Assembly: GCA_963798915.1 (NCBI GenBank)
Contig: CAWCVB010000003.1
Location: 64,001-128,000, forward strand
DNA length: 64,000 nucleotides
Source: an uncultured Gemmatimonadales bacterium
GTDB taxonomy: Bacteria; Gemmatimonadota; Gemmatimonadetes; Gemmatimonadales; GWC2-71-9
Direction of reading: 5' to 3'
Made by a program: the position numbers and the translations under genes. Positions within the stretch are counted from its first letter, which is position 1, and each line of letters opens with the position of its first letter. Under the pieces are notes generated by a model. The model was not told where the DNA came from, did no database searches, and saw only the letters and a program-made list of their open reading frames with translations. Below, in pieces: positions 49,594-58,804 of the stretch.

Positions 49594-50160
49594 ATGGGCA
49601 TGCCAACCCGCGCTAGCTCCTGGACCCGGGGCGAGGTCCTCGCCCTCCCCGACGACGGGAAGCGCTACGAACTGGTGGATGGGGAGCTGCTGGTGAGCCC
49701 GAGCCCCCGCGGGCCTCATCAGGCCGCCGTGGCTGAACTCTTTCACTTCCTCGATGCCTACGTTCGCCGCTACCGGCTCGGCCGCGTCTGCATGGCGCCG
49801 GCCGATCTCGACTTCCATGCCGGGCAGTTGCTTCAGCCGGACCTCTTCATCGGTGCGATGGTTGATGGACGGGAGCCTCTGGAGTGGGATGACTACGCCG
49901 TTCCGGTCCTCGTGGCCGAAGTATTGTCGCCCGCCACGGCCCGCTACGACCGGGTCACCAAACGCCGCCTGTACCAGCGCGCCGGCGTCGGCACCTATTG
50001 GATCGTGGATCTGGATGCTCGGCTGGTGGAGGAGTGGCGGCCGGACGTCGCGTCACCGGCGGTACTCGATCTCGCGGTCGAGTGGCGACCCGATCCGTCG
50101 TTGCCTGGGCTGAGGATCGATTTGCCGGAGTTGTTCCGTCGGGTGTGGGGTGAACAATGA
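49594..50160 (+). CDS. Uma2-family endonuclease, copy 3
   Basis: PDDGKRYELVDG, QPDL, EVLSP, KRRLY, YWIVD. May start at the second ATG (49600). Confidence 0.93.
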   Translation: MGMPTRASSWTRGEVLALPDDGKRYELVDGELLVSPSPRGPHQAAVAELFHFLDAYVRRYRLGRVCMAPADLDFHAGQLLQPDLFIGAMVDGREPLEWDDYAVPVLVAEVLSPATARYDRVTKRRLYQRAGVGTYWIVDLDARLVEEWRPDVASPAVLDLAVEWRPDPSLPGLRIDLPELFRRVWGEQ

Positions 50161-50309
50161 AGGCTGAAGGCTGAAGACTGAAGTGGGCTGAAGGCTGAAG
50201 GCTGAAGGCTGAAGGCTGAAGGCTGAAGGCTGAAGGCTGAGCGAAGATGCTGCTTTCAGCGCTCAGCGTTCAGCGTTCAGCGTTCTGCTTCCAGCTTCCC
50301 GCTTCTCAC
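50158..50309. repeat. Long inverted heptamer arrays (GCTGAAG)x~10 / (TTCAGCG-like)x~8
   Basis: Seven perfect GCTGAAG at 50187-50235 plus three upstream units, then complementary degenerate units at 50253-50309; between convergent genes. Confidence 0.92.
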
Positions 50310-50312
50310 CTC

Positions 50313-51302
50313 CTACCGCTGAGCCTTCAGCTTCTTCACTTCTTCCGTCAACCTCGGCACCACCTCGAACAGATCGCCCACAATGCCATAGTCGGCGAGC
50401 TTGAAGATGGGCGCATCCTTGTCCTTGTTGATCGCCACGATGACGCGCGAGGTCCGCATGCCGGCCAGGTGCTGCACCGCGCCGGAAATGCCCACGGCGA
50501 TATAGAGATCGGGGCTCACTACCCGGCCGGTCTGGCCAATCTGATCCGTGGGCGCACGCCAGCCGTCATCGGTCACGGCGCGCGTGGCGCCAACGGCCGC
50601 GTTGCCGAAGGCCGCCGCCAGGTCTTCCACCAGCGTGAAATTCTCGGCGGCTCGAAGGCCGCGTCCCCCTGCCACGATCACCGGCGCCTCACCGAGATCG
50701 AGCGCACCACCCTTCTGTTCCAGCATCTGCGTCACCCGCACCCGGGCCGCGGCGGGATCCATCGCTGGCGCCAGTGACTCGACGGCGCCCGGGCGCGCCG
50801 CGTCCACCACGTCCACCGCGCCGGGCCGTAAGGTCACGATGGCCGGCGTTCCGGCGAGCCGCTCCGTCACGATGGCCTTGCCGATATAGACCGGATGGGT
50901 AGCCGTGGCGACATCCCCATCGATCGAAAAGCTGGTCACATCCGCGGCGAGGCTGACCTTGAGTCTGGCCGCGACGCGCGGCGCCAGGTCGCGGCCCTGG
51001 GCCGACGCCGAAAAGAAGGCCGCACGGTAGGGACCGGCAGCGATGGCACTGGCGGCGGTCGCCGCGTACACCTCGGGCAGGCAGACGTTCAGGGCATCGT
51101 GCTCCACCACCAGCACCTTGTCCGCGCCGACACGGCCCAGCTCCGGCGCATGCGCAGCGATGCCGGGAGCACCGATCAAGAGGGCAGTCACCGCGCCGCC
51201 GCCGCTCGCGTCCGCCGCCTGCCGTGCGGCGGTGACCGCCTCGAGCGCCACTTTCCGCAATTCTCCTGCACGCGCTTCGGCAAAGGCAAACATGTCGGCC
51301 AT
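50313..51302 (-). CDS. etfA: Electron transfer flavoprotein alpha subunit
   Basis: [31 protein letters not shown]. Confidence 0.95.
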   Translation of the reverse strand: MADMFAFAEARAGELRKVALEAVTAARQAADASGGGAVTALLIGAPGIAAHAPELGRVGADKVLVVEHDALNVCLPEVYAATAASAIAAGPYRAAFFSASAQGRDLAPRVAARLKVSLAADVTSFSIDGDVATATHPVYIGKAIVTERLAGTPAIVTLRPGAVDVVDAARPGAVESLAPAMDPAAARVRVTQMLEQKGGALDLGEAPVIVAGGRGLRAAENFTLVEDLAAAFGNAAVGATRAVTDDGWRAPTDQIGQTGRVVSPDLYIAVGISGAVQHLAGMRTSRVIVAINKDKDAPIFKLADYGIVGDLFEVVPRLTEEVKKLKAQR

Positions 51303-52054
51303 CAGAGCACCTTCGCTTCGGTCTGGAGCAGCCGGACCAGTTCCGGCACCGCATCAGCGCCCTCACCCACGATCCGCCCAGCGGAACGCTCGGGCGGCAG
51401 CGCCATCTTCTCCACCACAAGACTGGGCTGGCCCAGTGCTGCATCGCGCACGTCGATCGGCTTCTTCTTGGCGGCCATGATCCCCTTGAGGCCCGGCAGA
51501 CGGGGCCGCGCGATGCCTTCGTCGATCGTCAGCACCGCCGGCAGCGGAAATTCCACCAGCTCCGCGGCACCCTCGAGCTCACGGCGGGCCGTGCCGGAGT
51601 TGCCATCCACCTGCAGCTCGGAAATGGCGGTGACGCAGGGGAGGTCGAGCAGCTCCGCCGTCATGGTGCCGACGGTCCCGTTGGCGGAGTCAGTGGCATT
51701 GCGGCCGAACAGCACAAGATCGTAGCTGGACTCCTTGAGTTCCGCGGCGAGCGCTTGTGCGATGGCGAAACCATCAAACGGCACCTCCGCCGCCTTGAGC
51801 TGAATCCCGCGCGACGCCCCCATGCTCAGCGCCTTGCGGATCGTCTCCTGTACGACGTCCGGGCCGACTGAGATGATCGTCACCTCGCTGCCCTCATGCT
51901 TTTCGGCAAGCTGCAGCGCCACCTCCACCGCGTAGCCATCGAAGTCGCTCATGTCATACTTGAGCCCGGTCGGATCCACCGACTTCCCATCGGCCGCGAT
52001 GGTGAACCGGGTCTCGGTGTCGGGAACGCGTTTGATGCAGGCGGCGATTCGCAT
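51302..52054 (-). CDS. etfB: Electron transfer flavoprotein beta subunit
   Basis: CIKRVPD, ALSMGA, RELEG, PRLP..KGIMAAKKK; start at ATG 52054. Confidence 0.95.
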   Translation of the reverse strand: MRIAACIKRVPDTETRFTIAADGKSVDPTGLKYDMSDFDGYAVEVALQLAEKHEGSEVTIISVGPDVVQETIRKALSMGASRGIQLKAAEVPFDGFAIAQALAAELKESSYDLVLFGRNATDSANGTVGTMTAELLDLPCVTAISELQVDGNSGTARRELEGAAELVEFPLPAVLTIDEGIARPRLPGLKGIMAAKKKPIDVRDAALGQPSLVVEKMALPPERSAGRIVGEGADAVPELVRLLQTEAKVL

Positions 52055-52074
52055 TGGAGGCCGAGGTTGGGGTG

Positions 52075-52135
52075 GCGTCGAGCGTCGAGCGTCGAGCGTC
52101 GAGCAGAGGCGCGCGTCGAGGTCGAGCGTCGACGC
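52075..52135. repeat. Left heptamer array (GCGTCGA)x4 plus degenerate copies
   Basis: Four exact copies at 52075-52102; reverse complement of the array at 52564-52584. Confidence 0.9.
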
Positions 52136-52211
52136 CAGAAAATGCACCGAACCGGCGAGGAATGGTACCCACCGCCCAGCCAGCCGAGAGTAGAGTACGC
52201 GGGGGGAAACC

Positions 52212-52565
52212 ATGGCAGACTTCAAGACATTGCGGGTTACAATATTGGCGCGGCAGACCGTTATCGCGATCTACAGTGCAACCCGGACTTTTCCATTAGA
52301 AGAGCGCTTCGGCCTCGCCCAGCAGATGCGTCGAGCCGCAATATCCATCGGCTCGAATATCGCCGAGGGCACCGGTCGAAAGGGTGATCGCGAACTAGCC
52401 CGATTCCTTCGCATCGCCCGAGGTTCGGCGAACGAGCTTGAATTCCAAGTCTTGACTGCCGGAGATCTGGAGCTGCTGCCTTCAGATACCGTGCGCAAAC
52501 TTTGTGAACAGCTGGTGACCATCAGCCGGATGCTGAACGGGCTCATCCGGTCACTCAGCGCTTGA
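52212..52565 (+). CDS. Four-helix-bundle protein (23S rRNA-IVP / bAvd-like family)
   Basis: FPLEERFGLAQQMRRAAISIGSNIAEG.GR...RFLRIARGS..E signature; 117 aa. Confidence 0.93.
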   Translation: MADFKTLRVTILARQTVIAIYSATRTFPLEERFGLAQQMRRAAISIGSNIAEGTGRKGDRELARFLRIARGSANELEFQVLTAGDLELLPSDTVRKLCEQLVTISRMLNGLIRSLSA

Positions 52566-52584
52566 CGCTCGACGCTCGACGCTC
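52564..52584. repeat. Right heptamer array (GACGCTC)x3
   Basis: Three exact copies overlapping the four-helix-bundle stop and ending 2 nt from the acyl-CoA dehydrogenase stop. Confidence 0.9.
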
Positions 52585-52586
52585 TG

Positions 52587-53786
52587 TCAAATCGCACTCA
52601 AGCCCGTCACCGCCTGCCCCACAATCAGCGAGTGCATGTCGTGAGTGCCTTCATAGGTATACACCGACTCCAGGTTGGCCATGTGGCGCATGGAGTGATA
52701 CTCGGCCAGGATGCCGTTGGCGCCCAGCAATCGCCGAGCTTCACGGGCGACATCGCAGGCCATGCTGACGTTGTTGCGCTTGCAGATGGAGACCTGGTCA
52801 AAGGTCATGGTGCCGGCGTCCTTGAGCCGGCCCAGCTGCAGGGTCATGAACTGCGCCTTGGTGATCTCGGTGAGCATGTCCACCAGCCGGACCTGCTGGA
52901 TCTGGGTCTGGGCAATGGGCTTGTCGAACATGATGCGGTTCTTGGCGTAGCGCAGCGCCTCGTCGTAGCACGCCATCGCCGCGCCGATGCCGCCCCAGGC
53001 AATGCCGTAACGCGCCTGGGTGAGGCACATGAGCGGGCTCTTGAGCCCGCCGCTCTTCGGCAGCAACGCCGAGTCGGGAACGTGCACGTCCTGCAGGTGG
53101 ATCTCGCTGGTGTCCGAGGCGCGGAGCGAGAGCTTGCCCTTCTGGTCCTTGCCGGCGTAGCCCGGCGTACTGGCCGGCACGATGAATCCGCGGATGGAGG
53201 CCACGTCATCCACCGCACCCGTCTTGGCCCAGATGATGGCCACGGTTGCCTGGGATCCGTTGGTGATCCACATCTTGGTGCCATTGAGCACCCAGCCGTC
53301 ACCCGTCTTCTTCGCCGTGGTGATCATTCCGCCGGGATTGGATCCGAAGTCGGGCTCGGTCAATCCGAAGCAGCCAATTTCCTGGCCGGCGGCCAGCCGG
53401 GGCAGCCATTGCGCCTTCTGCTCGTCGCTGCCAAAGGCAAAGATGGGATACATCACCAGGGCGCCCTGCACCGACGCGAAGGAGCGGATACCCGAGTCAC
53501 CCCGCTCCAGCTCCTGCATGATCAGCCCGTAGGCCACATTGTTGAGCCCGGCGCAGCCGTATTCCTCAGGCAGGTTGGCGCCCAAGAAGCCCAGCTCGGC
53601 CATGCCGGGCACCAGTTGGCGGGGAAACTTGCCCTGGATATAGGCCTCGCCGATCACCGGAATCAGGTGCTCGTCGACCCAGGCACGGACGGTGTCGCGT
53701 ACCGCCCGCTCTTCCTCCGACAGGAGGGAGTCGAAATCGAGAAAATCCACGCCGGTGAACTGGGAAACGGGTGCTGCCGTGGCCAT
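52587..53786 (-). CDS. Acyl-CoA dehydrogenase, glutaryl-CoA dehydrogenase-like
   Basis: ELERGDSG, GCFGLTEPDFGS, KMWITN, KLSLRAS, YTYEGTHD; start at ATG 53786. Confidence 0.93.
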   Translation of the reverse strand: MATAAPVSQFTGVDFLDFDSLLSEEERAVRDTVRAWVDEHLIPVIGEAYIQGKFPRQLVPGMAELGFLGANLPEEYGCAGLNNVAYGLIMQELERGDSGIRSFASVQGALVMYPIFAFGSDEQKAQWLPRLAAGQEIGCFGLTEPDFGSNPGGMITTAKKTGDGWVLNGTKMWITNGSQATVAIIWAKTGAVDDVASIRGFIVPASTPGYAGKDQKGKLSLRASDTSEIHLQDVHVPDSALLPKSGGLKSPLMCLTQARYGIAWGGIGAAMACYDEALRYAKNRIMFDKPIAQTQIQQVRLVDMLTEITKAQFMTLQLGRLKDAGTMTFDQVSICKRNNVSMACDVAREARRLLGANGILAEYHSMRHMANLESVYTYEGTHDMHSLIVGQAVTGLSAI

Positions 53787-53823
53787 GCGAGGTTCCGGGT
53801 TAATGGTCAGGTGGGGAATATAG

Positions 53824-53885
53824 AGGGTCGACGGTCGAGGGGTCGAGGGGTCGAGGGGTCGAGGGGTCGGTCGCGGGTCGCGGGT
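53824..53885. repeat. Heptamer array (GGGTCGA/GGGTCGC)
   Basis: About eight degenerate units immediately upstream of a TATATT element on the minus strand. Confidence 0.85.
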
Positions 53886-53895
53886 GCTTTCATCG

Positions 53896-54261
53896 CTAGA
53901 TCCAGACGTCGTTCTGCGCCGTCCTGTCGCTGGCCTCGTGCCCCGTGTTGACAACACCGCGTGGCTCGATGAGCAGCAGCTTGACTTCGCCCTCCGCGAA
54001 GGGCTTGTGTTCGACGCCCTTCGGAACGACGAACATTTCTCCAGCCGAGACGCTGACCGCGCCGTCGCGAAAGTCAATGCGCAGCGTGCCATCGAGGACA
54101 ATGAAGGTCTCGTCGGTAGCCTTGTGGTCGTGCCAGATGAAGTCGCCCTCCAGCCGCACAATCTTGAATTGATAGTCATTCATCTCGGCGACAACCTTGG
54201 GCGCCCATTGTTCCGTGAAGAGCGAGAACTTCTGGCGAAAGTTGATGGCATTGCGGTTCAT
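53896..54261 (-). CDS. Cupin-domain protein
   Basis: FIWHDH..TDETF and GEMFVVPKGVEHKP cupin motifs. Confidence 0.92.
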   Translation of the reverse strand: MNRNAINFRQKFSLFTEQWAPKVVAEMNDYQFKIVRLEGDFIWHDHKATDETFIVLDGTLRIDFRDGAVSVSAGEMFVVPKGVEHKPFAEGEVKLLLIEPRGVVNTGHEASDRTAQNDVWI

Positions 54262-54359
54262 TGGTCAGCTCCACGCGAATCAGGCTGGGCAGAGATCAGA
54301 AGGTGGCAGCGTAGCCGCCGCTTCCGCGGCTCATCCACTCTGCTGCACGATCCACAAAC

Positions 54360-54728
54360 ATGGGAGTCTTCGTCATGACGAAATCACCAATAATCCTGCG
54401 GAAGTGGGCGGGCAAGATCAAGACTGAGGATCGGAAGACATATCTGGCGTATGTCCTGGAAACCGGAGCCGCCGATTACACGGCGGTGCCCGGCAATCTC
54501 GGTTACCAGGTCCTGTTCCGGGACCTGGACGATGGATCCACCGAGATCACCACGCTGAGTTGGTGGGACTCCATGGACGCCATCCGCGGCTTCGCGGGTC
54601 CCCAGCCGGAGATCGCGCGCTACTATCCTGAGGATGCGCGATTTCTCCTGGAGCACCCGGAGGTTGTCGAGCATCACATGGTGGCTGCGGGGACGTTGCG
54701 GATTGCAGACTTCGAGCCGCCCAGGTAA
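54360..54728 (+). CDS. ABM-like dimeric alpha/beta-barrel protein
   Basis: PGNLG, TLSWWDSMDAIRGFAG, ARYYPED..FLL pattern; start may be 54375. Confidence 0.75.
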   Translation: MGVFVMTKSPIILRKWAGKIKTEDRKTYLAYVLETGAADYTAVPGNLGYQVLFRDLDDGSTEITTLSWWDSMDAIRGFAGPQPEIARYYPEDARFLLEHPEVVEHHMVAAGTLRIADFEPPR

Positions 54729-54810
54729 CCGGCGCATGCAATCATCGGGTATGGCGCACGGCACTGAGGCGAGGGTCTGCTGGGCTGGGTGAGCAGATCA
54801 GGCGCGACGG

Positions 54811-55719
54811 TCAGCGCTGTTGGTTCGCCAGTGCTTCCCGAAACCGCTTCTCGGCCCGGTCGATGTAGCTGAGATACCCGGCCCGGTCGATGAACGGGGC
54901 CGCCGGGTCGGTAGCGCCGCTTCGTTCGCGCAGCTTGCGCTGCATGCTGAACATGTCCGAATGCGAGGCCAGGAAGATATCCGCTGGCAAGCTCCGTAAC
55001 GTCCGGAAGCTCCGCTCAAAGTCGGCTCGGATTCCAGGATACGCCTCGGGCTCGACCAGTGAAACGAAGGGAAACAACGTGAGACTGCAGACGTCGACGG
55101 CAAGCAGCTCACGGTCGCCGTCGCGGACCGGGAACGACCACGATGTGCAGCCGCGCGTGTGCCCAGCCGTGACGTGGGCGGTGAGCACGAGTGGCCCAAG
55201 CCGGACGGTCGCACCATCCCTGAATCGGTGATCGATCCGCGGCGTGGGGAATCCACCGAACAGTGTACCGAGAATGCGGAGCCGGCCAAGGGCGGGATCA
55301 GCGCCGTTGCTGCCGGCCATCATGACATCCGCATCGCCCTCGCTCACCCACAGTTGAGCGCCGGAGGCCTGCTGGAGTTCGCGAAGTCCACCTGCATGAT
55401 CGGAGTGTGCGTGCGTGTTGAGCAAGACTTTGACATCACGGATGTCGAAACCAAGCTTGGCGATGCTCGCAATGATCAGGGGAGCCGTTTCGGGGTAGCC
55501 GCCGTCGATCAGTACATGACCCTCGGGCCCGGTGAGGAGGAAGGCGGTGACACCGGTGGCGCCGACGTAGTAGAGATTGCCCGCAATCCGGAATGGTTCA
55601 TCGGGTATCGAGCGGTTCTTCCTGATGGCGGAGTGCCAGAGCATACCAAGCACCACGACCAGAGTGGTTGCCGTGGCCACGAGCACGACCAGCCAGCGTC
55701 GCTTGAGGCGCAAGAACAT
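54811..55719 (-). CDS. Subclass B3 metallo-beta-lactamase
   Basis: PFRIAGNLYYVG, LIDGG, THAHSDHAGG, GHTRGCTSW, FLASH; N-terminal hydrophobic helix. Confidence 0.88.
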   Translation of the reverse strand: MFLRLKRRWLVVLVATATTLVVVLGMLWHSAIRKNRSIPDEPFRIAGNLYYVGATGVTAFLLTGPEGHVLIDGGYPETAPLIIASIAKLGFDIRDVKVLLNTHAHSDHAGGLRELQQASGAQLWVSEGDADVMMAGSNGADPALGRLRILGTLFGGFPTPRIDHRFRDGATVRLGPLVLTAHVTAGHTRGCTSWSFPVRDGDRELLAVDVCSLTLFPFVSLVEPEAYPGIRADFERSFRTLRSLPADIFLASHSDMFSMQRKLRERSGATDPAAPFIDRAGYLSYIDRAEKRFREALANQQR

Positions 55720-55786
55720 CCTCTCCCCGTCGTCTGATGCTCACAAAGAACTTGACGCTACAAAGTACATGGGGGCTTCACCAAAG

Positions 55787-56455
55787 TCAAACAGCCGAGG
55801 CGTCTAGCCGACTCGCCGTCTCGCCGTCTCGCCGACATGCCCGGGCGTGGATGCCCAACTCCCGTGCCTTCTGTCGGAATCCGCCACCATGATTGACCGG
55901 CCGCCCGGTCTCGGCCTGCCACTGATGCACCATCTCATGCAGCAGGGTATCCTCGACTTCGGCCCAGGGATCGCGCTGGAGATGATGTCGACTCATGGCG
56001 ATCTCCAATGCCGCGCCCGTCTCCCGGCTGAGGGTCACCTGCCCCAGTCGACGCCGCATCCGGCCGCTGATCCGGAAGGGCAACGTGCTCAAGGCACCAC
56101 CAAAATGCCGGGTGTTGAGCTGGCCATGTGCCTCGCGCAGTCGTTCGATCCAGGGCCAGTCGGCCTCGGCGACTCGGCGGCTCGACGGCTCGCCTCGAGG
56201 GCTTGGCGCAAACTGCTCCACCGGAAAAGAGAGGAAGACCTTCCGCGCTGCCAGCCGGTCACTCCGACGCGCTGATCGTGAGAGAAACCGAGCGATAGCC
56301 CGAACGACCTCGTCGGGCGCCTCTGCATAACCCTGGTGAAGGCGAAGGACACCGTCACGGAAAGTCAGCAGCACAACCCGGTTCCGGTGCAGCTCAATGC
56401 GCAGGACGGACCGGAGGCCCAGGCGATGGAGGCGTTGATGAAACTCTGAGATCAT
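55787..56455 (-). CDS. SprT-like zinc metalloprotease domain protein
   Basis: LN..HFGG.L, RMRRRLG, TLLHEMVH, HGGGF. Confidence 0.85.
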   Translation of the reverse strand: MISEFHQRLHRLGLRSVLRIELHRNRVVLLTFRDGVLRLHQGYAEAPDEVVRAIARFLSRSARRSDRLAARKVFLSFPVEQFAPSPRGEPSSRRVAEADWPWIERLREAHGQLNTRHFGGALSTLPFRISGRMRRRLGQVTLSRETGAALEIAMSRHHLQRDPWAEVEDTLLHEMVHQWQAETGRPVNHGGGFRQKARELGIHARACRRDGETASRLDASAV

Positions 56456-56541
56456 GGATCGCGGCTCGCAGCTCGACCCTTACCAGTCGCCACACGCGAC
56501 ACCTGCCCGCCCTGCCCGTCTCGCCCGTCTCGCCCGTCCTG
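56456..56541. repeat. Degenerate heptamer plus nonamer (CCTGCCCGT/CTCGCCCGT) arrays
   Basis: Four nonamers from 56502, preceded by degenerate 7-mers. Confidence 0.7.
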
Positions 56542-57405
56542 TCACAGCGCCCCGCCGCCGCCCGCCACCGAGACCGCCGCCTCGCCCCGCCGCCTTGCGA
56601 AGCTGTGCTTGTCGGACGGCACGAAGCGCCGTTCCTCCGATTCCCACCGGTAGTGCTGGATCTCCACACTCGTGGGCTTGATGCGCACTACGTTGAAGAC
56701 GCTGGGGCGCCCGCCCCTGGTGCGCGAGGTATGGGTACCGGCCGTACTGATGGCGACGACATTGCCCACCTGCCCGGCACCTTCCTGGTGATCGTGGCCG
56801 CACAGCACCACATCAGCTCCGGTTTCGGCGATCCGATGCTGGGCGTCGGCGTAGTGGGCCAGGCCCATCCGCTCCGAGATGCCGCCCCGCAGGACGTTAT
56901 GGTGCATCACCAGCACCCGCGCCGCGGCCGCAGGCGCCTGCGCAAAGATGGCCTGGACCCGCACGGTCTCGGAGCGCGGCAGATGCCCCTTGACCGCCAG
57001 GTCTCGCAGGTTCCACGTCAGCGACCCCGGCGCCACACCCCATGCCGTGAGGGCGCCTGCGAGCACCGCGCCGGGAATTTCCAGCACGGGAGTGAGATCT
57101 GCCCCGAACCAGCGACGATACTTGGTATAGAGCCGCTCGGTGCCGAGGAGATGCATGGGGCTTTTCCACCACTGCACATCGTGATTGCCTGGGACCACCA
57201 TCGTTGGCGCGACGGTGTTCAGTCGCCTGAGCAGCCCGTGCGCCGCCTGGAATTCGCCATGGCGGGCACGTTGGGACAGATCGCCGGACAGCACAATTGC
57301 GGCAGGCCGCACCGTCGCCGCCTCGGCCTCGATGGCCTCGAGCTGGTCGAGCTGGGCGTCCACGCCATAGTGGACGTCCGAGATATGCAGCAGGGTGAGC
57401 GTCAC
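56542..57405 (-). CDS. Calcineurin-like metallophosphoesterase (Icc/CpdA-like)
   Basis: HISDVH, SGDL, PGNHD, HH, GHDH; GTG start overlaps the upstream stop. Confidence 0.9.
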   Translation of the reverse strand: MTLTLLHISDVHYGVDAQLDQLEAIEAEAATVRPAAIVLSGDLSQRARHGEFQAAHGLLRRLNTVAPTMVVPGNHDVQWWKSPMHLLGTERLYTKYRRWFGADLTPVLEIPGAVLAGALTAWGVAPGSLTWNLRDLAVKGHLPRSETVRVQAIFAQAPAAAARVLVMHHNVLRGGISERMGLAHYADAQHRIAETGADVVLCGHDHQEGAGQVGNVVAISTAGTHTSRTRGGRPSVFNVVRIKPTSVEIQHYRWESEERRFVPSDKHSFARRRGEAAVSVAGGGGAL

Positions 57406-58787
57406 CAGACCGCCCGGACACGGTAGGTCAGGCTCGCCTCGCCGGCGGCCGGCACCTTGACGGTGAAGCGGGTGACGGTTGATGAGATTTTCTCCGCCGG
57501 CACCGAGCTCGACACGATGGACCACTCGCCAGCCCGTCGCTCCTCCACCACCACCGTCACCGCGGAATCAGTGGCGTTGGTGAGCGTCACCCGGTAGTCG
57601 GCCGTTGCCGAGGTCCGCCAGGTGCCGCGGGTGCTGTCGCGTCGCGAGGTGTAGGAGGTCTGCACCCGCTTGGCGGTAAGGTCAAAGGCGGTACCGGCAT
57701 TGAGGCGAAGGTTTTCGCCCGCCGGCGTGTGATCGACCGAGGCCTCCCCCACCAGCTGGAGCCGGCCCGCATCGTCGGCCTGGTAGATCCGGCCCGTTCC
57801 CGCCGGGAGCGGGACGTCGCCGAAGGGCGTCTTCCGCTTGCGCTCAAGGGTATAGCTGATCTCGACCGGCACGTCGCCTTCATCGCCGGTCTGGGGCAGG
57901 TATCCCCAATACGGTACCGATCCCCGGACCAGGAACATCTTCTGGTATCCCGGCGTCGCCGGCTGGAAGATCGAGACCAGCGTGGTCTGCCCGGGCTTGA
58001 GCGACACCTTGCCCTGCAGCGTGTACAGGTGAAACTCGCCGACCCGTTGCTCGGCGGCTCCGACCGACTCCTGGCTCTTGGCCACGGCCATGTCGCGCGC
58101 GGCGTAGAGCGGGCGCGGAGGCGCGGCCGGATTGGCCCGCCCCACATCGCCCGCGAGGAGCTGCACGTCCGCATCGTTCACCATGAGTGCATTGGAATTG
58201 AGCGCGGCGGTGCCGGAGACCCGGGCGGAGGTCTTGTCGAGAACGACCGCATAGCTCGCGCTCCACTGCGCGCCCTGCGTGAAGTAACCCAGCCGGAGCT
58301 GGTCCCGGGCAGCCACGCTGCTGAGGTCGAGCGACAGGGTCGGCTCGCCACCGGCCAGCTCGGCGGGGTAGAGCGCCCGACCGGGCATGGAGAAAGTGAT
58401 GGACCCATCGGCCAGCTTGAGCCGAAGCGGGTCCACGCTCAGCACGGTGGCGCGGACCGTGTCGCTGACGGCACCGTCCGCACCGGGCCGGACCGTCACG
58501 AACCGGAGCTCGCGTCCCACCGAGCGCCGAATAACGCTCTCCTCCGAGAGCAGCCCGTCGAACATGGCGCGGGTGATCGTGACATCAGGGTCGAGCGGAA
58601 AGACGGAGGCCGCATCGGCCGCGCCGATGGTCACGGCAGCATGCGACGCGCCAGCTGGTACTTTGACGTTGAATGCCTGTCGCATCAGCACTCGGCCATC
58701 GTTGTAGATCGTGAGACTCTGCTGGGCCGGGAGCGGAGCTACAGCGGTCAGCAGGAGTGCGGCAAGAGACCAGCGCACGTGCGGCAT
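57402..58787 (-). CDS. DUF4139-domain exported protein
   Basis: Signal peptide; SLTIYN, W.ASY, LLAGDV, EFHLYTL, PLPAG..RIYQ; start at ATG 58787. Confidence 0.8.
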   Translation of the reverse strand: MPHVRWSLAALLLTAVAPLPAQQSLTIYNDGRVLMRQAFNVKVPAGASHAAVTIGAADAASVFPLDPDVTITRAMFDGLLSEESVIRRSVGRELRFVTVRPGADGAVSDTVRATVLSVDPLRLKLADGSITFSMPGRALYPAELAGGEPTLSLDLSSVAARDQLRLGYFTQGAQWSASYAVVLDKTSARVSGTAALNSNALMVNDADVQLLAGDVGRANPAAPPRPLYAARDMAVAKSQESVGAAEQRVGEFHLYTLQGKVSLKPGQTTLVSIFQPATPGYQKMFLVRGSVPYWGYLPQTGDEGDVPVEISYTLERKRKTPFGDVPLPAGTGRIYQADDAGRLQLVGEASVDHTPAGENLRLNAGTAFDLTAKRVQTSYTSRRDSTRGTWRTSATADYRVTLTNATDSAVTVVVEERRAGEWSIVSSSVPAEKISSTVTRFTVKVPAAGEASLTYRVRAVW

Positions 58788-58804
58788 GGAAACCTCGGAT
58801 CGCC

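Noticed and set aside
46856..50160. Restriction-modification system (methyltransferase plus Uma2 nucleases)
   Set aside because: The methyltransferase lacks DNA MTase catalytic motifs (DPPY/NPPY or PC) and looks like a small-molecule class I enzyme.
52212..52565. Diversity-generating retroelement, given the Avd-like fold
   Set aside because: No reverse transcriptase and no TR/VR pair with adenine-specific differences seen in the window.
52587..54179. Long N-terminal extensions in the ORF track (also 516-1454, 4064-5227, 40529-42067, 57402-59009)
   Set aside because: They read through neighbouring genes or repeat arrays; starts were reassigned using family motifs and stop/start overlaps.
53896..55787. 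Integron cassette array
   Set aside because: Mixed gene orientation, no attC-type RYYYAAC...GTTRRRY sites and no integrase.
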